Made by a program: the position numbers and the translations under genes
Assembly: GCA_002753335.1 (NCBI GenBank)
Contig: PEAD01000013.1
Span: forward strand, 1-64,000
Direction of reading: 5' to 3'
Length of the DNA stretch: 64,000 nt
Source of the DNA: Nitrospirae bacterium MYbin3
Lineage (GTDB): Bacteria; Nitrospirota; Thermodesulfovibrionia; Thermodesulfovibrionales; Dissulfurispiraceae
Shown here: one piece after another, positions 57,884-64,000 of the stretch
How positions within the stretch are numbered: the first letter of the stretch is position 1
Layout of the letters: every line of letters begins with the position of its first letter
Notes under the pieces: generated by a model
Seen by the model: only the letters and a program-made list of their open reading frames with translations
Told to the model about the DNA's origin: nothing
Databases searched by the model: none

Positions 57884-60800
57884 ATGCAACTTTCAAGAAG
57901 AGATTTCTTAAGGGCAAGCGCGATTGCAGCGGCAGCAGCAGCCGCCGGCATTGCCAAGCCTGACATGCTTTATGCTGTATCAGTGAAGCAGGTTCCGATA
58001 GGACAGTGCAGATACTGCGCCATAGGCTGCACAATGATTGCGGATTGCGAGACGGATGGCTCAGGAAAGGTCACTAAGGTTATCGCGATAAAGGGCGACC
58101 TTAAGAGCCCTGTAAATAAAGGCGTTCTCTGCACCAAGGGCTTTTATCTGCATAAGGCTATCGCATATAAAGACAGGCCTAAAGGGGCTCTTATCAGGAA
58201 GGAATGGATAAATCCCAAAACCGGCAAGCCCGATTTTGTTAACTCTCCAAGGGTTCTGACAGGACTGACTACAAAGGACCCTAAAGGCATGAAGCCTTCA
58301 GAAGTGGATATGAAGGAAAATTTTGTGCTTGTGCCTTGGGAAGATGCTATTGAGTTTGTAGCCAACTCAGTCGAAACCTCTGTCAAGGAGCACGGCAAGC
58401 ACAGCGTGGCATATTACGGCAGCGGCCAGCTAGGTACGGAAGAAACCCATATAATGAACAAAGTTTTTAAAGGCGGAGGCGGTCTTGCAAACAACGCTAT
58501 CGAAGGCCAGCCAAGAACCTGTATGGCTTCTGCTGTTGTGGGCTACCTTTATACGTTTGGAAAAGACGAACCTTACGGATGCCTTGATGATATTGATGTT
58601 CCTGATCCTGATTTCGGAAAGCATGCGGACACCTTCTTTCTAATCGGGAGCAATACTGCCGAAGCGCATCCGATTCTTTTCAATAGAATGGCTGCTTTGA
58701 AGGCAAAGAACCCTGACAAGGTCAAGGTGATTTTGGCGGACCCGAGAAAGACACGCTCCGGAACCATAGCTGATTTGTGGCTGCCGTTTGCCACCGGCAG
58801 AGACCTGCTTTTGATAAATTCTATCGCATATATTATTGCCCATGAGCTTGATGGCGCAAAAGGCGATGTTGAAAAAGGCACCGTGACCTCAAAGTGGAAA
58901 TATCTGGACAGGAAGTTCATCGAAAGGCATGTCAGCTTCGGCATACATGAGGATGTTAAGAAAACATGGATTAAGACTGTTTACGGTGGAACGAGGGAAT
59001 CGGCTTGGGACCTGACTTACAGCGCAGAGCCGCGCAAAACTTATCCTAATTTGAAGAACAAATATGCTGATGAAGCAGCAATAATGAAAGACCTGTACAA
59101 AGGTTTTGCCGCATTCCTAAAATTTTTAGAGGACTACAAGCCCGAAAAGGTTTCGGACCTTATATTTGAAGGGGAATCCCCGCTCGTTTACGACAGGCCT
59201 ACCAAGACATGGAAGAAGATAAGCGGACCTGAGGCTTTAAGGCTTGCTGCTAAATGGTTTGCAGAGGGATACACTCTTTCTGCATGGTGCATGGGTGTTA
59301 ACCAGAAGCTTCAGGGCACATGGACCAATGCCTCTTTGCATATGCTCCATCTCATAACAGGCAAAACCGTAAAGCCCGGCAGACATTCTTACAGCTTAAC
59401 AGGACAGCCGAACGCATGCGGCGGCATAAGGGCGCCCGGAGCACTATGCCATGCTCTGCCTTACGGAAGGCTTGTTGCCAACCCTGTTCATAGAGGGCAG
59501 GTCGAAAAGATATGGCATGACCGTGCATCGGCATATCTTAAGAAAAATGGAATGGCCGAGGCTGATGCAAAAAAAGAGACCGATAAAATAAAGATTCACG
59601 ATAAGCCGGGACCACATACTATAGAGATGTTCAGAAGGCTTGGTGCAGGGCAGATAAAGGTGCAGTTTATCTCGACAGTCAACGCTGGGCAGAGTCTGCC
59701 TTATTCATGGCCTTACAGACTTGCCTGCGCAGCTGCTCATAAAGGTCAGGCATGGCCGCTGGTTGTGACGCTTGAAGCCTTTCCCAACGCTACCACAATG
59801 GTGTCTGACGTTGTTCTCGGAGCATCGAGCTGGTATGAAAAGGAGTTTGTGTTCGGCAATCTCGAAAGACGGTATCAGGTGATTAAACAGGTTATCGAAC
59901 CTTATGGAAACACGATTCCTGATCACACTATCTTTGCTCTGATAATGAGAAGGCTTGAAGAAAAAGGCCTTGTTCCAAAGGGGCATATATCACAGTTCTG
60001 GCCGGCTGAGTATGACGGCAAGGACTGGATGAAAAAGACGATCGAAGCGGCCAAGACAAAAGACTGGAACAGGAAGTTCTCGTCGAACATCTGGACCGAG
60101 CTGATGGAACTGTCAAAGGGCACAGGTTATGATTTCAGCGGCATGAACCGCAAGATGCTGCTCGAACAGAACCACGGCTACAGGATCCCGCTGCCTGCCG
60201 AATATCATACCAGCGAAGATGTTAAAAAGAGATATGACAAATACCAGTCAAAGATCCAGTATGCTTATCCTTATGATCCGCATATAGACAAGATAACCGG
60301 ACTGTATCTCAAGAATATGAAGGAGTTCAATCCTGCATACGGAGCGTGGCTTGAGAAGAATATCAGCGATATGAAAGTTGATGAGGCGTATCATAAAGAG
60401 CACAACCTTCCAAAGGGCTGGTACGCAAGCTTCTACAACTCTAATGCCTTTATCAACGGGATGGTTGATATACCTACACCTGACGGCAAGACGAGAAAGG
60501 CGCCCGGATGGGATGGCAGGGCAATCGCATGGGCAAATCCTTGGTGGGCCTGCAAATTTGACGGCAAACAGTTTGTGAAGCACAAAACCGTCGAAGTTGT
60601 TGAGCGCAAATTTGTGGCTGCGAAGGTGAACGAGACGAGTGTTGCGCCATATGAACAGACCGCCAAGTACACAGTGAATGTTATAGGCGACCCGAACTCC
60701 AACACCAATGCGTTGAAGAATATCGCGCTCAGTCCGGCAGAATTCCACAATCTGCGCCACGAATATACGAAGGCTGACGGCGGCAAGCTGCTTATAATCG

Positions 60801-61219
60801 ACACTACCGACTATAAGTACGGAGCCTGCACAGGCAGAGTAGTTGAGCATTGGCATACAGGCAGTATGACAACAAGGGTTCCCGAGCTTGCCAGGGCTGT
60901 GCCGGGTGCGTATGTGGAGATGAGCGAAATTTTAGCTAAGAAGTTGAGCATTAAGAATGGAGATGCGGTTATAGTTGAATCTCCGAGAGGGAAAATCCAG
61001 CTTCCTGCAAAGGTTCTGGATGTAAGCAAGGCTACGGGCGGGCCGCGCCACGATTATGTTTTTGTGCCGTTCTTTGACGAGTACAAGATGATAAACATGA
61101 TTATGCGGGATGCCTTTGACCCGTTCAGCTTCCAGCCTGACTACAAGATGTTCGCTGTTAAGATTTACAAGGGCAAGACCAAGACGGCGCAGGCCGAGCC
61201 CGGCAAAATTGTAGGCTAA
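57884..61219 (+). CDS. napA: Periplasmic nitrate reductase catalytic subunit, unusually long (1111 aa)
   Basis: Tat SRRDFL, CRYCAIGC...LCTKG [4Fe-4S], YGSGQ, RTCMASAV (Mo-Cys), AEAHP, WCMGVNQ, SLTGQPNACG, TGRVVEHWHTGSMT, FQPDYK; followed by napGHD. Confidence 0.9.
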   Translation: MQLSRRDFLRASAIAAAAAAAGIAKPDMLYAVSVKQVPIGQCRYCAIGCTMIADCETDGSGKVTKVIAIKGDLKSPVNKGVLCTKGFYLHKAIAYKDRPKGALIRKEWINPKTGKPDFVNSPRVLTGLTTKDPKGMKPSEVDMKENFVLVPWEDAIEFVANSVETSVKEHGKHSVAYYGSGQLGTEETHIMNKVFKGGGGLANNAIEGQPRTCMASAVVGYLYTFGKDEPYGCLDDIDVPDPDFGKHADTFFLIGSNTAEAHPILFNRMAALKAKNPDKVKVILADPRKTRSGTIADLWLPFATGRDLLLINSIAYIIAHELDGAKGDVEKGTVTSKWKYLDRKFIERHVSFGIHEDVKKTWIKTVYGGTRESAWDLTYSAEPRKTYPNLKNKYADEAAIMKDLYKGFAAFLKFLEDYKPEKVSDLIFEGESPLVYDRPTKTWKKISGPEALRLAAKWFAEGYTLSAWCMGVNQKLQGTWTNASLHMLHLITGKTVKPGRHSYSLTGQPNACGGIRAPGALCHALPYGRLVANPVHRGQVEKIWHDRASAYLKKNGMAEADAKKETDKIKIHDKPGPHTIEMFRRLGAGQIKVQFISTVNAGQSLPYSWPYRLACAAAHKGQAWPLVVTLEAFPNATTMVSDVVLGASSWYEKEFVFGNLERRYQVIKQVIEPYGNTIPDHTIFALIMRRLEEKGLVPKGHISQFWPAEYDGKDWMKKTIEAAKTKDWNRKFSSNIWTELMELSKGTGYDFSGMNRKMLLEQNHGYRIPLPAEYHTSEDVKKRYDKYQSKIQYAYPYDPHIDKITGLYLKNMKEFNPAYGAWLEKNISDMKVDEAYHKEHNLPKGWYASFYNSNAFINGMVDIPTPDGKTRKAPGWDGRAIAWANPWWACKFDGKQFVKHKTVEVVERKFVAAKVNETSVAPYEQTAKYTVNVIGDPNSNTNALKNIALSPAEFHNLRHEYTKADGGKLLIIDTTDYKYGACTGRVVEHWHTGSMTTRVPELARAVPGAYVEMSEILAKKLSIKNGDAVIVESPRGKIQLPAKVLDVSKATGGPRHDYVFVPFFDEYKMINMIMRDAFDPFSFQPDYKMFAVKIYKGKTKTAQAEPGKIVG

Positions 61220-61230
61220 TATTTAAACTT

Positions 61231-61271
61231 AAAGGCGGAGCCGGATTTATCAGTCCTGCTCCGCTTTTTTT
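61231..61271 (+). terminator. Intrinsic terminator-like hairpin between napA and napG
   Basis: AAAGGCGGAGC...GCTCCGCTTTTTTT. Confidence 0.7.
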
Positions 61272-61295
61272 CTGCTAAGCGTTAGAGGAATAAAA

Positions 61296-62051
61296 TTGAC
61301 CAGAAGAGATTTTATAAAGATGTCTGTTTCGGGCGGCCTTGTCCTTGCGTCAGGATTGATGGTGCCGGGGCGGGGGCTTTTGCATGCTGCAAAAGAAGAA
61401 TTTGAAGGGCCGCTGCCGAATATTGATGTAGGCGGTATAATCAGGCCTCCCGGCGCTTTGCCGGAAAAGGAGTTCAGGGCAAAATGCGTAAGCTGCGGCG
61501 TTTGCGTGAATACATGCCATGTTATGAAATACGATGCTATTGCGGTTTCGGGCCTGAAAGACCTGACCAATTTCGGCACTCCGTACATCAAGGATATGAG
61601 GGACTTTCCATGCGCTCTCTGCATGGAATGCCCGCCCCTATGCCCCACAGGGGCGTTGAAGCCTCTGCAGAAAGAAAAGGTTTCAATGGGCACTGCATTG
61701 ATAGACTTCTCTCTCTGCTTCGGATGGAACGGTGATGTCTGTCTTTCTTGCAGCAAGGCATGCCCGCTTGGCGCAACGGTATTTGATTTCTACAACGGCG
61801 AGTGGGGCAACCAGCCGTATATCAATGAAGGCTGCGTTGGCTGCGGACTGTGCGTGAAATATTGCCCTATCGGCGGCTCTGCCATAAAGGTTGTGACAAA
61901 ACAAAAATATAATAATCTAAAAGATAGCTACAAGGCTGATTTCAAATCCCTGATTTCTTTGAAAAGCGAAGAGCGCTACAATGTTGTTTATGGCCAGAAC
62001 CTTCCTAAAATAATGGAGCGCGGAAGAATGGTGGAACGTGAGTACAGATAA
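61296..62051 (+). CDS. napG: NapG/MauM ferredoxin-type protein
   Basis: Tat TRRDFI, IRPPGA, four Cys clusters (CVSCGVCVNTC, CALCMECPPLCPTGAL, CLSCSKACP, CVGCGLCVKYCP). Confidence 0.9.
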   Translation: MTRRDFIKMSVSGGLVLASGLMVPGRGLLHAAKEEFEGPLPNIDVGGIIRPPGALPEKEFRAKCVSCGVCVNTCHVMKYDAIAVSGLKDLTNFGTPYIKDMRDFPCALCMECPPLCPTGALKPLQKEKVSMGTALIDFSLCFGWNGDVCLSCSKACPLGATVFDFYNGEWGNQPYINEGCVGCGLCVKYCPIGGSAIKVVTKQKYNNLKDSYKADFKSLISLKSEERYNVVYGQNLPKIMERGRMVEREYR

Positions 62052-62874
62052 AAAACTGCCATTATCAAAGCTCAGGCGTTTGGTGATGTTCGGTATTCTT
62101 ATTTTGTTTCTGCTTCAGTTTGTGAATATCAAACTCTTGGTAGGCGGACTTACAGGCTCGGCTGTGCTATGGTCTCTGAATCTCATAGATGTTTTTGCCT
62201 ACATTGAGAGTCTTGTTGCATCGCTTGATTTTACGAAAGAGTCTTTTATCGCGGTGCTTGCGGTGTCAGGGCTCTATCTGATTTTCGGAAGGGCTTTCTG
62301 CGGATGGGTATGCCCGATGGATTTTCTATATGAAATTATTGATCGTGTTAAGAAGCCCCAATTATCAGGATTGCAGAAGATTTCAGCAAAGATACCTCCT
62401 CAGACCGGATATATCATTGCGGCCTTTTTGCTGTTTGTTTCGTGTTTGATAGGCATCCCGGTTTTTTCGAACTATGCATCGCATCTGACCAATTTTTTCA
62501 GGGCGCTTACAGGTGTTGTTTCTTTAATCTTGGATTTGCCGGTTGGTAAAGATGTTGTTATATATTCGATTGCGGTTATCTTATTTCTGCTGCTTTTTGA
62601 GTTTTTTTTCCCTCGTCTTTGGTGCAGGGCGCTCTGTCCTGTAGGAAAGGTTTACGGTCTTTTCAATAAGGTCAGTCTTTTAAGAATAGGGTTTGTGGAG
62701 GGTCGTCAGTGCGGTGAGTGTATGCTGTGTGACCAGACATGTTACATGAATGTTAAGATAGCTATGAATATAGACAAGCCGGCGCTGCGTGATTCAAACT
62801 GTATATACTGCGGCAGATGCAGCGAGGGCTGCGAAACCAAGAGTCGTCTGATAAAATTAAAACTCTGGAGGTAG
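62038..62874 (+). CDS. napH: NapH/MauN membrane ferredoxin
   Basis: GRAFCGWVCP, RLWCRALCPVG, two C-terminal CxxCxxC motifs. Confidence 0.9.
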   Translation: MSTDKKLPLSKLRRLVMFGILILFLLQFVNIKLLVGGLTGSAVLWSLNLIDVFAYIESLVASLDFTKESFIAVLAVSGLYLIFGRAFCGWVCPMDFLYEIIDRVKKPQLSGLQKISAKIPPQTGYIIAAFLLFVSCLIGIPVFSNYASHLTNFFRALTGVVSLILDLPVGKDVVIYSIAVILFLLLFEFFFPRLWCRALCPVGKVYGLFNKVSLLRIGFVEGRQCGECMLCDQTCYMNVKIAMNIDKPALRDSNCIYCGRCSEGCETKSRLIKLKLWR

Positions 62875-62877
62875 TGG

Positions 62878-63156
62878 ATGATTTTTTCTAGCGGATTCAT
62901 AGAGGCTGATGATGACAATAGTGTACAGACGGTTATAGATGAACTTCAAAAAAGAAACATGGAGGTCACAGGGGTAAAAAATGAAAAGATAGTGTTTCTT
63001 GTTGAGCGGGAAACTACCGGAGAAGTCAAGGCAGCACTTGATTCTCTGAAAAGCATAGATGGCGTAAGGAGCGTATATCTGGCGTATTACAGCCTTGATG
63101 GAGGCGATGAAGTAGAAGGTGGAGCCGCATTTATAGAAACCGAAGCTGTTTCTTAA
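62878..63156 (+). CDS. napD: NapD chaperone
   Basis: 92 aa, KIVFLVE, IDGVRSVYLAY; position in the nap operon. Confidence 0.8.
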   Translation: MIFSSGFIEADDDNSVQTVIDELQKRNMEVTGVKNEKIVFLVERETTGEVKAALDSLKSIDGVRSVYLAYYSLDGGDEVEGGAAFIETEAVS

Positions 63157-63238
63157 GCGGTGTTGGCTTGTTTGAAATTGAATGTATAGCGGTGCTGTGT
63201 GATAAAATATCCGCACCATATCTCAAAGGAGAATCAAT

Positions 63239-64000
63239 ATGAAGATAAGTGTATTGTTAAGAATAGTGCTGGCTGCATTACTCGTTTTTTCTTTGTTGAG
63301 CACAGTATCTGTTTTTTATTCATTGAACCAGATGCAGGCTGACGGAGATGTGGTCAACTATGCCGGAAGACAGAGGGCCATATCGCAGAGACTCACAAAG
63401 ATGGTTTATGCAAAGCAGCATGGCATCGACACTAGCGCCGATATTGCCAAATTCACGGGTATGCTCGACAGGATAGTAAAAGGTTTGGTTGACGGTGATG
63501 CTGAGTGGAAACTCCCTAAGGCTGATGATGAGAAATTCATAGCAAAGATGAAAGAGATGGACAGCGCATGGAAGGGCTTTAAGGAGACGGTGGCCAAGGT
63601 GGATAGTGACAAGTCCGCTCTTGAGAAGCTTTATAAAGACAGCGAAAATGTATTGAAGATAGCTGATGAAGCGACAACCCTTGCGGCCGGCGTATCCGAA
63701 GGCAAGGTCAAAGGGCTTAAGACTGTACAGGTCACACTATTTGTGATAAACCTGATAATCTTGGCTGTAGTTTTGGTGATGATACAAAAGAAGATCACCG
63801 CGCCACTTGCAGGACTTTCTGCTAAAGTTGAGGAGATAGCAAAGGGTGACCTCACCGTAACGATTGATTATTCAGGCATGGACGAGGTGGGTGTTCTGGC
63901 CTCTAATATGAACACAATGGTCGGCACGATCAAAAAGATGATCGGCGGAATAGTCAGGTCATCAAGCAATGTTGTATCGGCCGTTGATGTTTTGAAAGCT
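63239..64000 (+). CDS. Methyl-accepting chemotaxis protein with NarX/PilJ-like sensor domain (runs off the window; not in the ORF track)
   Basis: AAGGAG RBS, ATG 63239; TM1, VVNYAGRQRAISQRLTK (P-box-like), TM2, HAMP (IAKGDLT..DEVGVLA..N.M). Confidence 0.8.
   Translation, partial: MKISVLLRIVLAALLVFSLLSTVSVFYSLNQMQADGDVVNYAGRQRAISQRLTKMVYAKQHGIDTSADIAKFTGMLDRIVKGLVDGDAEWKLPKADDEKFIAKMKEMDSAWKGFKETVAKVDSDKSALEKLYKDSENVLKIADEATTLAAGVSEGKVKGLKTVQVTLFVINLIILAVVLVMIQKKITAPLAGLSAKVEEIAKGDLTVTIDYSGMDEVGVLASNMNTMVGTIKKMIGGIVRSSSNVVSAVDVLKA

Noticed and set aside
1..64000. CRISPR arrays, tRNA and rRNA genes, prophage
   Set aside because: No repeat-spacer array, tRNA-like or rRNA-like segment, or phage structural gene recognised by eye; intergenic gaps are short.

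Overview
Bacterial chromosomal window, about 60 CDS, with no rRNA, tRNA or CRISPR array recognised. Gene content (octaheme nitrite reductase, Nap, System II cytochrome c maturation, cobalamin enzymes, many GGDEF and histidine-kinase proteins) suggests an anaerobic Nitrospirota/Desulfobacterota-like organism; this taxonomy is inference only. From left to right: the end of a probable IS21-family element with an interrupted gene; vapBC and a degenerate brnTA; an adenylate cyclase and a diguanylate cyclase; an unusual ccsA / B12-radical SAM / LuxE-like / B12-radical SAM locus; pyrE, a CDF transporter and three sensor kinases; housekeeping genes (hup, FKBP, HAD, SDR, lemA-TPM, EmrB-like MFS, cbiG-cbiH); an accessory block of secreted lipoproteins plus an AbiE-type pair; a heme-sensor diguanylate cyclase; a Wsp-like chemosensory cluster whose output cyclase has an in-frame TGA; a NosL/ABC/Cys-rich membrane protein cluster without nosZ; and a nitrate-to-ammonium operon (octaheme nitrite reductase, Reeler-like monoheme protein, very large NapA, napGHD, NarX-like chemoreceptor). 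The best candidates for undescribed biology are the ccsA/rSAM/LuxE locus, the napB-less ONR-Nap operon, the orphan NosL cluster, and a four-repeat promoter architecture shared by two distant loci. All calls come from reading motifs by eye; no searches were run.
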